A DNA stretch of 64,000 bases from a bacterium (GCA_030647205.1 JAUSJO010000005.1:10523-74522); one strand, 5' to 3'; counted from the stretch's first letter, positions 12,501 through 21,926 are shown. A program made the numbers and translations. Notes: generated from the letters alone by a model not told the origin.

Positions 12501-14346
12501 TACCGGAGGAAGTATAATGAACGGCACTGTGACTGTTATGGAAGCAGACCAAGGAGTTACAAGATTAGGCTATAATGCTGGTAGCGTAAATAAGGGTGCG
12601 AGCAATACATTTATAGGGATCAACTCTGGCCAGAACAATACTACGGCTGACTACATAACTGCTGTCGGAATAAATTCTTTACAGTCAAATACTTCAGGTT
12701 GGTACAATGTTGCTCTTGGAGCACATACTCTCTCATCTAATGTTGATGGCTATAGTAATGTTGCTATAGGGACAAACACCTTACATAGTAATGTTTCGGG
12801 AGACAACAATACAGCCGTTGGCACAGATGTTCAAAGAGATACTACTGGCAACAACAACACCTCGATCGGTTCACACTCTTTGCATTTTACTACTACAGGG
12901 AGCAACAATGCTGCTGTTGGAGATTTTTCACTTTATTCAAATCTTACGGGGAGCCGCAACTCTACCAGCGGATCAATGGCTCTCTACTCAAATTCGACTG
13001 GGAGCAATAATTCTGCTATTGGATATTTGTCCCTCTTTAGTAATACTATCGGCGGCTTCAATGTCGCCAACGGCATCGACTCCCTTGGTAGTACAAACCC
13101 GACAGCCAGTGGAACTATAACGGCATTTGCCAACTCTCCTACCGAACCGGGAGTAAAGACCCAGGTGACATCAGCCGGACACGGCAGGTCAAACGGCGCT
13201 CTGGTTACTATTTATGATCCTACCGCTGCCTTTAACTCCTCGGTATATAAAGGTATCTGGGTAATTTCCAATGTCGCAGCAAATACCTTTGATATTACTA
13301 AGGTTTATTCCGCAGAGGCGGCAGGCGGCAGTAAGTGGGTAGTAGGAGGCGGGAATACGGCTCTCGGAGGTTCATCTGGTTATGCTAATACTACCGGTAC
13401 AGGCAATACTTTCCTTGGCTATAACGCAGGGGCTACCTCAACTGCAACCCTCCAAAATGCTACAGCCATCGGATATAACGCTCAGGTTACGGCAAGTAAC
13501 TCTATTGTGCTTGGTGGTACAGGCAGTACAGACTCGGTAAATGTTGGTATTGGAACAACGGCGCCGACGACTATGCTGGATGTCAGACAGTCGGTCAATG
13601 GCACAAATATAGTAAATATCCAGCGTGTCACAGATACCTCACCAACCGGTCATCTTCTAGACTTCAAGACTGCTGCTGGGGGAACATTAACTTACTTTAA
13701 TAGTTACGGAAACTATGTAGGGGTAGCGTTGCAAGAATTGTATACAACAGCTTCACCGACTTACTTTGAGGCTAACTCATGGGTCATACAAGGAAGTGGG
13801 ACAGGTCCTACTAGGATTGGTTCAAGTAATAATAAAAACATAGAGCTTTACCCGCAGGGGACCGGCAGTCTTTTAGTCAAAGGAACGATGGCCGCGCTTG
13901 GGCCAAACAGTTCTGCATATACTGCGTCCAAGTCAACAACGACGATAACTGCAACCGTTGGAACATTTTCGGCTGCCGATGTTGGGAAATACTTTATCTG
14001 GGGTGACTCCGGAGGTACAACAGATAGAATAACAGGATACACAGACGCCACCCACGTTACCGTTGCAGATAGTGGCACCATGACCTCGCAGACAGGATAT
14101 GTAAGAGTAACAAACTTATACGTTACTTTGGCAACTGGCAATATTGGTATAGGTACAAATAATCCAACCGAGAAACTGGAAGTGAATGGTGGTATGCGTT
14201 TAAATACTACAACGGCTAAACCAACCTGTGATGCTACACATCGCGGCACTTTCTGGGTGAACCAAGGCGCAGCAGGAGTTAAGGACGATGTAGAGGTTTG
14301 TGCCAAAGATGCTGCTGACGCCTATGCGTGGAGAACTATTTACTAA
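9580..14346 (+). CDS. Giant surface protein paralog (1588 aa) with N-terminal signal-anchor, tail-fibre-like repeats and Hep_Hag-like repeats; no LVIVD blocks
   Basis: It shares near-identical segments with the 2030..9403 protein: [40 protein letters not shown] (twice), [31 protein letters not shown] and GIGTxxPTEKLxV. The start may instead be the ATG at 9595 (TGGGGT 5 nt upstream). Confidence 0.8.
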   Translation: MILGVMKAIKIKKLLIKCFLLVAVLVIGGYFSVFQLAIQKAEEVRHKNQTELTNTKQKLDQDIQAVKKDLSSSITNRGYTEMSADQFTSKEITSGQITSGQLTASSGVNIQGSLAADSPVQSSATLAASVDPGTISIYHDGSNGHVETNRGSIFLTPANGYLRSDGNLYPKTNNTYNLGVSGWMWKDIYLQGSLRDSGNSAAGVTVADLRNAKNHMYTNGSSHSWLGQSLRIENSPTFRGLTLNGNLSLGTNTLTTTNATVVANLNADTLDGYHAADLLSGVLPPGGTTSDYLRGDNTWQALNSSAVQGLGALATIDTINNGQWSGTALSVANGGTGATLAVDARTNLGLGTLAVEDAATWAGSTSIATVGTITTGTWNAGALTSSGAIQGTSLNIFGNADATHVIVRANATQSNTNPLISIQASDGAELFRIHSDDIDNIFIGRDAGMNNVANPSTSAGNYNTFLGYTAGRNNTSGHYNTYLGNRSGALTTSGDHNTFVGMQSGYNNTTGQYNNFFGITAGQDLTDGDHNLALGSYAQFGLVTGESNMSIGNYAGYNRLLARANILQGYGAGGSGKAGAYNTAVGDNTLYNDYTGMGNASFGAYSLYNNKGTSDRSITGFSASGGNTKVTTLTSHGLQVSDSVFIAFNDTTQTEVTKSGKYTVLTVPDATSFTISKTYDSANDKKGWWERGATFSDNGSGKVRVISNNHGVPNGGMVALGYSGTGVTGGYYKGLQVATLVDANTFDLTDLSYTASVTSGWFFYEDDAINNTAIGTLAGYANTTGINNTFLGYKSGMTSTATLQNAAAIGYNAQVTQNSSIVLGGTGADAVNIGIGTTAPLEKIHVDHGNMRLDQEAAPGALTATVTATAGNPNGTYQYAVTFVTADGETEAGTASTAVSPALKQVSLTNIPLGSSKVTARKIYRSSEGEHWAGYTNKVRNAKLVTTLANNTATTYTDNVADGSLGAAAPYNNTTGGSIMNGTVTVMEADQGVTRLGYNAGSVNKGASNTFIGINSGQNNTTADYITAVGINSLQSNTSGWYNVALGAHTLSSNVDGYSNVAIGTNTLHSNVSGDNNTAVGTDVQRDTTGNNNTSIGSHSLHFTTTGSNNAAVGDFSLYSNLTGSRNSTSGSMALYSNSTGSNNSAIGYLSLFSNTIGGFNVANGIDSLGSTNPTASGTITAFANSPTEPGVKTQVTSAGHGRSNGALVTIYDPTAAFNSSVYKGIWVISNVAANTFDITKVYSAEAAGGSKWVVGGGNTALGGSSGYANTTGTGNTFLGYNAGATSTATLQNATAIGYNAQVTASNSIVLGGTGSTDSVNVGIGTTAPTTMLDVRQSVNGTNIVNIQRVTDTSPTGHLLDFKTAAGGTLTYFNSYGNYVGVALQELYTTASPTYFEANSWVIQGSGTGPTRIGSSNNKNIELYPQGTGSLLVKGTMAALGPNSSAYTASKSTTTITATVGTFSAADVGKYFIWGDSGGTTDRITGYTDATHVTVADSGTMTSQTGYVRVTNLYVTLATGNIGIGTNNPTEKLEVNGGMRLNTTTAKPTCDATHRGTFWVNQGAAGVKDDVEVCAKDAADAYAWRTIY

Positions 14347-14405
14347 CAGCTCCTTTTTGACCTCTCATGGTTTTTGGGTAAATAGGGTTTACTGTTTTTT
14401 TCTTT

Positions 14406-14801
14406 TTGTTCTATAATAAACATATGCATTACTTTAGTTTGGTGCCAACATTTTTCATGTGGTGGTACGGGAGGGGACTAAAAGATCTCTTTAGTTTCTT
14501 GTCGGCTCTTTTTTCATATACAAGCAACATGTTCTCGGTGACCACCCTTTTAAAGACTTTGTTTTCTCCATGGAAGAAGCTAGTCGGTGAGAGGGGAAGA
14601 GGGATAGAGGGGCTCAAGCTATGGCTGGTGGACAATCTTGTTTCTCGGGCAGTTGGTTTCATAGTGCGGCTGTTTATGATAATCTTTTTTCTCATTGTCT
14701 TTATATTATTTGCGTTTTTTGCTGTTTTGGCAGTTATATTCTGGATAGGTATGCCGGTGTTCATTCTTGCAGCTTTTATTTATATATTTATAGGATACTA
14801 A
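14406..14801 (+). CDS. Small membrane protein of unknown function
   Basis: 131-aa ORF with two or three hydrophobic helices and a TATAAT about 10 nt upstream. Its stop is 4 nt before the AAA+ gene start, suggesting co-transcription. The start codon is uncertain. Confidence 0.4.
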   Translation: MFYNKHMHYFSLVPTFFMWWYGRGLKDLFSFLSALFSYTSNMFSVTTLLKTLFSPWKKLVGERGRGIEGLKLWLVDNLVSRAVGFIVRLFMIIFFLIVFILFAFFAVLAVIFWIGMPVFILAAFIYIFIGY

Positions 14802-14805
14802 TAAG

Positions 14806-17325
14806 ATGATAAATCCGGCACAGATAAAATTTACAAAAAGGGCTAGCAGAGTAAATGCGGCAAAGCTAGCTAATATGCTAGGTAAGCATTTTTTCATACT
14901 TGTGCTCGATATCTTTGCTTTTTTAGGAATTTTTGCTGTTCTTTTTCTCCTGGCAGACGGATTTGTGTTGCATGTAGGAGCGCTACTTACCTTACCGTCA
15001 AAGATATTTCTGTTTATTGGGCTCAAATCTTTTGTAATCTCTCTGTTTGTTAAAAGTTATTTTAGGGAGATTGAAGATGGTATTAAGATTCCTGATAATC
15101 CTCCCGCGTATGAAGTCTTTGACATTTGCGACCTTGAGACTATAAGGATCTTGGATTCAATCAATATGACAACTCCTGATGTTATAGACTTTTATAAAAA
15201 GCTTCTCGGGACAAGAAGGGTTGGTTTTATTGCCGATGAGATGGGCATGAATGACGATTTTAACAAGAAGATGTTCTCAGGCTTGCAAAGGGAACAGAAC
15301 ATCTTGCCCCAAGTATTTGCTTATGCCATTGAAAATGCAATAAATGAAAAATCGAAGTTTATTACGGCAGCTGATGTATTTTATGGATTTATAAAGATGA
15401 GTGCTACTTTAGACCAAGCACTTATGTCCATCGAGATAAGTGAGGATGATCTCTCAAATATAATTTTTTGGGCAAACAGCCTTTTCCAGAAAATATACTA
15501 TCCTAAAACGCTGCTTGATAAGTTTCATGCAAAAAATGCCGGTCTGGCTGAGGGTTGGGCATCAGGCTACACCCTTTTCCTTGATAGGTTCAGCACAGAT
15601 ATAACAAACCCGGCTTATTTTGGTAGTTTCTCATCTTTGGGGAGGGAAAAGATACTCGCTCATATGGAGAACACCCTTTCAAAAGAGGCTAAGAACAACT
15701 GTATTTTGACCGGTGAAGCGGGTGCCGGGAAGACTTCTTTGGTTTATGGCTTTGCTGAGAAAATATATTGGGGAGACACAATTCCGGAACTTTCTCACAG
15801 TAGAGTTGTATCTCTTGATGCATCTACACTTCTATCCGGGTCGTCTGATCCGGGCGAAATACACGAAAGACTTCTTGGCGTTTTAAATGATGCGATTCAT
15901 GCGGGCAATGTGATTCTTTTTATAGATAATATTCACGATCTCTTTGCGGGCGGAGGGGAGAAAGTAGGAACCATTGATGCTTCAGAGATCATTGCTCCAT
16001 ATCTGCAAAGCAGTAGTCTTAGAATCATCGGGATTTCGGATAATGCTCATTATCAGACATATATAGTTCCCCATACTCAGATATCCGGCAATATGGAGAG
16101 AATAGAAGTGCCACCGACAGATGAGAACCAAACTGTAAGGATACTTGAGGATCTAAGTCTTTATTTCTCGGGCAAGTTTGGTCTCAGGATTACTTATAAT
16201 GCTCTGAAAGAAGTGTATAAACTTGCCGAAAGATTTGTTGCCGAAAAAGGATTCCCCGCACGCGCTGTCGATATGTTGGAGAATGTTTGTACTTCAGCAA
16301 AGAACTCAGGTAGCAAAGTTTTGGACAGGCATGTAATAGATAAGCTAGCCGAGAGTACACTAAATGTTCCCATCCAGGAAGCCGAGGGTGATGAAAGAGA
16401 AAAGCTTTTGAAGCTGGAAGAGAAGCTTCACTCCAGGGTTATCGGGCAGGATGAGGCGGTAAAGGCTATATCACAAGCTCTGCAACGTGCCAGGACTCAG
16501 GTGACGGACACAAAAAGGCCGATCGGGACGTTTCTTTTCTTGGGTCCGACCGGTGTAGGAAAAACAGAACTTACAAAGGCGCTTGCCTGGGCATATTTTG
16601 GCAATGAAGAAAACATGGTCAGGATGGATATGAACGAGTTCCAAGACGCAGCATCGGTGGATAGGTTTATCGGTCGGCAAATGCCTGGGAGCGAGAAGCT
16701 TGAAGGCGGTGACTTTGTTAAAAAGGTCCGCGAGAAACCGTTTTCAGTTATTCTTCTTGATGAGCTTGAAAAAGCTCATCCGGATATCTTAAATTTATTC
16801 TTGCAAATCTTAGATGAAGGATACTTCACTGATGGTATGGGCTCTAGAGTATCTTTCCAAAACTCTATCATCATTGCCACCTCAAATGCCGGAGCAAACC
16901 TAATCCGTGAGGGGGTTGCCGGCGGCAAGACCTCAGACAGTTTAAAGGGGGAACTGCTGAACTATCTTCAGGCAGAGGGAATTTATAAGCCGGAGTTTTT
17001 GAACAGATTTGACGGGGCAATTGTCTTTAAGCCATTAACAAAGATAGAACTTTTGAAGATTGCCGGGCTGATGTTTGAAAAGACTTGTGCAAGTTTAAGG
17101 CAAAAAGGCTATGTTATTCAGATAGACTCGTCCGCGCTAGAGAAACTGGTAGAGTGGGGGTATCAGCCTGAGTTTGGAGCAAGGCCTATGCGCAGGGTGT
17201 TTCAGGATAAGTTGGAAAGCATGTTGGCGAAGAAGATTTTGGAGGGTACTGTCCAAAAGGGCGCACCTTTCACGGTTAAGCTGACGGATTTGGAGGATAC
17301 AACTCAAGCAGTTGGAAATATGTAA
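14806..17325 (+). CDS. Membrane-anchored ClpA/ClpB-family double AAA+ ATPase (TM hairpin, Clp_N-like repeats, D1 and D2)
   Basis: D1 Walker A is GEAGAGKTS. D1 Walker B reads ILFIDNIHDL, with DN in place of DE. D2 Walker A is LFLGPTGVGKTELTKALA, D2 Walker B is ILLDELEKAH, and the sensor is GARPMRR. TM helices lie at residues about 28-80. There is no long M-domain between D1 and D2 and no IGF/IGL loop. Confidence 0.8.
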   Translation: MINPAQIKFTKRASRVNAAKLANMLGKHFFILVLDIFAFLGIFAVLFLLADGFVLHVGALLTLPSKIFLFIGLKSFVISLFVKSYFREIEDGIKIPDNPPAYEVFDICDLETIRILDSINMTTPDVIDFYKKLLGTRRVGFIADEMGMNDDFNKKMFSGLQREQNILPQVFAYAIENAINEKSKFITAADVFYGFIKMSATLDQALMSIEISEDDLSNIIFWANSLFQKIYYPKTLLDKFHAKNAGLAEGWASGYTLFLDRFSTDITNPAYFGSFSSLGREKILAHMENTLSKEAKNNCILTGEAGAGKTSLVYGFAEKIYWGDTIPELSHSRVVSLDASTLLSGSSDPGEIHERLLGVLNDAIHAGNVILFIDNIHDLFAGGGEKVGTIDASEIIAPYLQSSSLRIIGISDNAHYQTYIVPHTQISGNMERIEVPPTDENQTVRILEDLSLYFSGKFGLRITYNALKEVYKLAERFVAEKGFPARAVDMLENVCTSAKNSGSKVLDRHVIDKLAESTLNVPIQEAEGDEREKLLKLEEKLHSRVIGQDEAVKAISQALQRARTQVTDTKRPIGTFLFLGPTGVGKTELTKALAWAYFGNEENMVRMDMNEFQDAASVDRFIGRQMPGSEKLEGGDFVKKVREKPFSVILLDELEKAHPDILNLFLQILDEGYFTDGMGSRVSFQNSIIIATSNAGANLIREGVAGGKTSDSLKGELLNYLQAEGIYKPEFLNRFDGAIVFKPLTKIELLKIAGLMFEKTCASLRQKGYVIQIDSSALEKLVEWGYQPEFGARPMRRVFQDKLESMLAKKILEGTVQKGAPFTVKLTDLEDTTQAVGNM

Positions 17326-17375
17326 AGAAAAGTGTAAAATTAGTCGTAAGTTAAAGTTTAGAAAGTGGAGGGTTC

Positions 17376-19811
17376 ATGGCAGAAACAAAAAATATACTCT
17401 GGTTTTCAGAGGTTGGAAAAGATGACGGTAAATATGTTGGTGGTAAGGGCGCTAATCTTGGTGAACTGACAAATGCTGGCTTTCCTGTGCCGGGAGGTTT
17501 TATTGTTACCGCGCAGGCATATTTTGATTTTCTTGGGAAAACAGATTTGAAATCTAAAATATCTGAAATTTTAAAGGGATTAAACGTAGAAGATTCAAAA
17601 GACTTGCAAGATAGGGCGGTAAAAGTGCAAGAACTAATCAAAAAAGCGGATTTCCCCGAAGATTTAGCCCATGAAATTGTTCAAAACTATCATAAACTCG
17701 CTAAAGAGACAGGCACCGAGAAGAAAGATCTTTATGTGGCTGTTCGTTCCAGTGCCACGGCTGAAGATTTAGCTGATGCTTCATTTGCCGGTCAGCAAGC
17801 TACTTATTTAAATATCCTAGGCGATATACCGGTTCTTCATGCGGTGCTAAAGTGCTGGGCGTCTCTCTTTGAAGCTAGGGCTATTTACTACCGTGAAGAC
17901 AAAGGGTTTGACCAGTTAGAAGTTGGCATAGCTGTACCGGTTCAGAAGATGGTCAACTCTGAAAAAGCTGGTGTTATGTTCACTATTGACCCGACAAACA
18001 ACGATATGGATCATATTTCAATTGAAGCAGCTTACGGACTTGGCGAGGTGGTGGTTTTGGGCGCCGTAACCCCCGACAGGTATCTGATTGATAAGAAAAC
18101 GAAAGAAATTACTGACAAGGAAATTCATAAGCAAACATGGATGCTAACCCGTGAAGGCGGAGATGCTGATACAGATGATACTACAGATATTTCAAAAAGT
18201 GGCGTGCCGGTGCCTGATGAAAAACAGGATGCACAAAAACTGACTGATGACGAAATTGCACAACTAGTTGAGCTTGCACTAAAGATTGAGGAGCATTATG
18301 GCAAGCCGCAGGATACAGAGTGGGCGACTGAGGGTGGAAAAGTATATATGGTTCAGTCTAGACCAATAACGACGCTTGGCGATAGCGGTGCAACAGACGC
18401 GAGCGCAAACTCGGAACCAGAGGCTCAGACAAGCTCTAGTCCAAGCGCCGGCCAGGATATTTCTCAAGCAGAGATTATCTTAAGGGGATCAGCAGCATCT
18501 GTAGGGCTTAACGGCGGTCCGGTAAAGATTATCCATTCACCAAGCGAAATAGATAAAATCCTTGAAGGCGATGTTTTAGTAACAGAAATGACTACTCCGG
18601 ACTTTGTGCCGGCCATGAAGCGAGCATCGGCAATCGTTACTGATGCAGGAGGAAGAACTTGCCACGCAGCCATAGTATCGCGTGAACTTGGTATCCCTTG
18701 TGTAGTAGGGACGGAAACAGCGACCACAACATTACAAAATTACCCGGAAGTTACCGTAGACGGAAAAACGGGAGCGGTTTATGCGGGACTTATTAAAGTA
18801 AAAGAACAACCAGTTCAAGATCCTGGCCAAGTTGCTAGCCAAGCAGCTCCGATTGTAACGGCGACGAAAATTTACGTTAATCTTGGTGAGCCAGAGTTGG
18901 CAGAAAAGATCGCGGCAAAAGATGTAGATGGAGTCGGACTTTTAAGGGCTGAATTCATTATTATGGAGTCTATCGGCGAACATCCGAAGAAAATGATTAA
19001 AGAAGGTCGGCAGGAAGAATACATTACAAAACTGGCTCAAGGACTTGAAACTTTTGCTCGTGCCTTTGACCCGCGGCCAGTGGTTTACAGAGCAACAGAC
19101 TTTAAAACTAATGAATACAGAGGTCTAAAGGGTGGGGAAGAGTTTGAGCCGGAGGAGGATAATCCGATGATCGGCTATCGCGGTTGTTTCAGGTATTTGA
19201 AAGACCCTGAGGAGTTCTCATTAGAGCTTGAGGCAATTAAACGTGTGAGATCAAACTTCAAAAACCTACATCTTATGATTCCATTTGTAAGGCGTACAGA
19301 TGAATTCCAAAGAGTAAAAGAAATGGTAGAAAACAGCGGACTGAACAAAGCCACCGATCCGGACTTCAAGCTTTGGATAATGGTAGAGGTTCCGTCAGCT
19401 GTCATCGAAATAGAAAAATATTGTCAGATGGGAATTGATGGAGTTTCAATCGGTTCAAACGACCTCACGCAGTTAGCATTGGGGCTGGACAGGGACTCAA
19501 GTACCGTGGCTGAGGAGTTTGATGAGAGATATCCGGTGGTGCAGTGGATGATAAAAAGAACGGTAGAAACTTGCCGCGAATATGGAGTTACTTGTTCTAT
19601 TTGCGGTCAGGCACCGAGCGTTTACCCTGAAGTGGCTCAAAAAATGGTAGAGTATGGTACGACATCAATCTCTGTGAATCCGGATATGATAGAGCAAACC
19701 AGAAAAATGGTAGCGTCAGTAGAAGAAAAGCTGATCTTAAAAGAAATGTCTGATGTTCAACAAAAATTATCCGAGCTGGAGCATAAAATAAGCGAACAAA
19801 CGAACAGTTAG
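17376..19811 (+). CDS. ppsA: Phosphoenolpyruvate synthase (pyruvate, water dikinase)
   Basis: N-terminus GGKGANLGELTNAGFPVPGGFIVT in the ATP-grasp domain. The mobile His domain reads GGRTCHAAIVSRELGIPCVVG. The C-terminal PEP-utilizing domain reads IGSNDLTQLALGLDRDS. Length is 811 aa. Confidence 0.85.
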   Translation: MAETKNILWFSEVGKDDGKYVGGKGANLGELTNAGFPVPGGFIVTAQAYFDFLGKTDLKSKISEILKGLNVEDSKDLQDRAVKVQELIKKADFPEDLAHEIVQNYHKLAKETGTEKKDLYVAVRSSATAEDLADASFAGQQATYLNILGDIPVLHAVLKCWASLFEARAIYYREDKGFDQLEVGIAVPVQKMVNSEKAGVMFTIDPTNNDMDHISIEAAYGLGEVVVLGAVTPDRYLIDKKTKEITDKEIHKQTWMLTREGGDADTDDTTDISKSGVPVPDEKQDAQKLTDDEIAQLVELALKIEEHYGKPQDTEWATEGGKVYMVQSRPITTLGDSGATDASANSEPEAQTSSSPSAGQDISQAEIILRGSAASVGLNGGPVKIIHSPSEIDKILEGDVLVTEMTTPDFVPAMKRASAIVTDAGGRTCHAAIVSRELGIPCVVGTETATTTLQNYPEVTVDGKTGAVYAGLIKVKEQPVQDPGQVASQAAPIVTATKIYVNLGEPELAEKIAAKDVDGVGLLRAEFIIMESIGEHPKKMIKEGRQEEYITKLAQGLETFARAFDPRPVVYRATDFKTNEYRGLKGGEEFEPEEDNPMIGYRGCFRYLKDPEEFSLELEAIKRVRSNFKNLHLMIPFVRRTDEFQRVKEMVENSGLNKATDPDFKLWIMVEVPSAVIEIEKYCQMGIDGVSIGSNDLTQLALGLDRDSSTVAEEFDERYPVVQWMIKRTVETCREYGVTCSICGQAPSVYPEVAQKMVEYGTTSISVNPDMIEQTRKMVASVEEKLILKEMSDVQQKLSELEHKISEQTNS

Positions 19812-19820
19812 GAAGAAAAA

Positions 19821-20582
19821 ATGAGATGTCCAAAATGCGGACAAGAGATGATACATATCAACAATCAGTATATTTGTACTGCTTGTGGTATTGTTGCTAA
19901 TGAATTTTCTCCCAAGCAGCAGGTTTTGGGGGCAATCAAGAAAAAAATGGCTGCCCAGAATACTTCCAAACAAGAGGAGTATGTATCTCCTGTTGCGATA
20001 GCTACAGAACAACCGCAAGCACAACAATATATCCCGCCCAACCCGGCCTCAAAAATCGACCAGCAAGCTTTGGCTGGGATTACTCTAGATCAGATTATTA
20101 AAGAGTTGGCTGCAGGTGCTGTAAAGTTAAACAAGGGTACAACAGATAAAAATGAAGAAGATTATCTGGACTCAGGATCTGAGGGTGAAAAGATTATCCC
20201 TCGGATTGGAACGGAAGGTAAGGAAGTGGCGAGTCAAGATAGTGAAGTACCTCAAAAACAAGTTCAGGCTCCACCCGCACCAGTGCAGGTAGCTCAACCG
20301 GTTCAGTCTGAAGCTATACAGGTAGAAAGCGTTGCACCGGCTAATATGACTTTTCCACCCTCGTCAACGTCTCAAGATACTATGGGGAGTCTCCAGGTTA
20401 GTCAGGTTTTAGAAGGCGATCAGGAGGAGATCTACCCTTCGCATCAGGTAAATCCGATCCTTATAAAAACTTTGATATATGTATTTGTGACATTGGTCCT
20501 GTTTGTGATAGGGTATCTTATATACACAAACCCTGGTGCACGAGGGTTTATAGAGAATACTCTGAAAAATTTAGGGAAATAA
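19821..20582 (+). CDS. Zinc-ribbon protein with a Q/P/A-rich low-complexity linker and a C-terminal TM anchor
   Basis: MRCPKCGQEM...CTACG carries two CxxC pairs. The C-terminal helix reads LIYVFVTLVLFVIGYLIY. Confidence 0.5.
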   Translation: MRCPKCGQEMIHINNQYICTACGIVANEFSPKQQVLGAIKKKMAAQNTSKQEEYVSPVAIATEQPQAQQYIPPNPASKIDQQALAGITLDQIIKELAAGAVKLNKGTTDKNEEDYLDSGSEGEKIIPRIGTEGKEVASQDSEVPQKQVQAPPAPVQVAQPVQSEAIQVESVAPANMTFPPSSTSQDTMGSLQVSQVLEGDQEEIYPSHQVNPILIKTLIYVFVTLVLFVIGYLIYTNPGARGFIENTLKNLGK

Positions 20583-20589
20583 AGTATTT

Positions 20590-21846
20590 ATGAAAATCAA
20601 AGATATCAAAGCGACAGAAATATTAGACTCACGAGGAAACCCAACCGTTTCTGCTTCTGTTAAGCTTGAAAATGGCGTAAGGGCTGAAGCCTCTGTGCCC
20701 AGCGGGGCATCAACAGGAGAGCATGAGGCACACGAGCTTAGAGATGGTGACGAAAACCGATTTTCCGGCAAAGGAGTCTTAAAAGCTTGTGAAAATATCA
20801 ACAAAATCATTGCCCCGAAGCTAACAGGTATGGATGTCTCTGGTCAAACCAAGATTGATGAGGTAATGCTCGAGCTTGACGGTACAAAGAATAAGGAAAA
20901 TCTTGGTGCAAATGCTATCTTAGCTGTTTCGATAGCAACCCTGCGCGCGCATGCGCAAAGCAAACAAAAAGAGCTATTTCAAATAATCGGAGATTCATTT
21001 GGGTTTAATGATTTTAAAATTCCAAAACCTCTTTCGGTGATAATAGAAGGAGGGAAGCATTCTGACTCAAATGCAGATATACAGGAGTATATGATTCAAA
21101 TAGAAGAAGACGATATTAGCCAAGGTTTGAGCCAGATTGAACAGGTGTATCACGCGCTGGAAAAAGTGCTGGCTAACAGCGGCAAGAACACTAATATTGG
21201 ATACGAGGGTGCTTTTGGTCCGGATTTGGCATCTAATCGTGAGGGACTGGACTTAATTATGCAGGCGATAGACAGTTCAGGGATTCCAAAAGAAAAGATA
21301 AAAATAGCGCTTGATGTTGCATCAAGTGAGATCTACGACAAGGAAAGTCAAAAATACCTTTTAAAAAGCGAAAATATGGCTTTGCAGGCCAGTCAGATGG
21401 TTGCTTATTTGGAAGATTTAGTTAGGAATTATCCGATTATTTCTATCGAAGATGGGATGGCAGAGGACGCCATGGAAGACTGGGCGCTTTTAAGTGAGAG
21501 GCTGGGAAAAGATATTATACTTGTTGGGGATGACCTTTTCGTGACAAACGTGGAAAGGATTCGAAAAGGCATTGATAGAAAAGCTGCCAATGCGGTTCTT
21601 ATTAAGCCCAATCAGATAGGAACAGTTACGGAAACTATTGAGGCAATCAAGCTAACAAGATTTGCCGGCTGGGAACCGATAGTGTCACACCGAAGCGGGG
21701 AAACGAATGACACGTTCATCGCCGACCTGGCAGTGGCTGTCGGGGCAAAATACATTAAAGCCGGGGCGCCGGTCAGAGGCGAGAGAGTTGCAAAGTATAA
21801 CAGGCTACTTGAAATATCGGAAAGCCTTAGGAAAGTAAAAAAATAA
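20590..21846 (+). CDS. eno: Enolase
   Basis: N-terminus MKIKDIKATEILDSRGNPTV...SVPSGASTGEHEA. Later segments include IKPNQIGTVTET and SHRSGETND. Confidence 0.95.
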   Translation: MKIKDIKATEILDSRGNPTVSASVKLENGVRAEASVPSGASTGEHEAHELRDGDENRFSGKGVLKACENINKIIAPKLTGMDVSGQTKIDEVMLELDGTKNKENLGANAILAVSIATLRAHAQSKQKELFQIIGDSFGFNDFKIPKPLSVIIEGGKHSDSNADIQEYMIQIEEDDISQGLSQIEQVYHALEKVLANSGKNTNIGYEGAFGPDLASNREGLDLIMQAIDSSGIPKEKIKIALDVASSEIYDKESQKYLLKSENMALQASQMVAYLEDLVRNYPIISIEDGMAEDAMEDWALLSERLGKDIILVGDDLFVTNVERIRKGIDRKAANAVLIKPNQIGTVTETIEAIKLTRFAGWEPIVSHRSGETNDTFIADLAVAVGAKYIKAGAPVRGERVAKYNRLLEISESLRKVKK

Positions 21847-21926
21847 TGCTTTTTTGTGAGATTTGATATATTATCTAGGAAACAGTTATGTTTCAATAGG
21901 AAACAAATAGAAAGGAGGTGAAAAAT

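Noticed and set aside
2221-14306. Numerous 60-170-aa ORFs on the minus strand or in alternative frames inside the two giant genes (for example 4186..4692-, 10500..10844-, 13848..14306-, 8004..8198+)
   Set aside because: They lie wholly inside long, repeat-supported reading frames and have no RBS. They are artefacts of G/A/T-rich codon composition.
2030-14346. Prophage or mobile element suggested by tail-fibre-like repeats
   Set aside because: There is no integrase, terminase, capsid or other phage gene, no att-like flanking repeats, and housekeeping genes lie on both sides. The fibre-like modules appear domesticated in chromosomal surface proteins.
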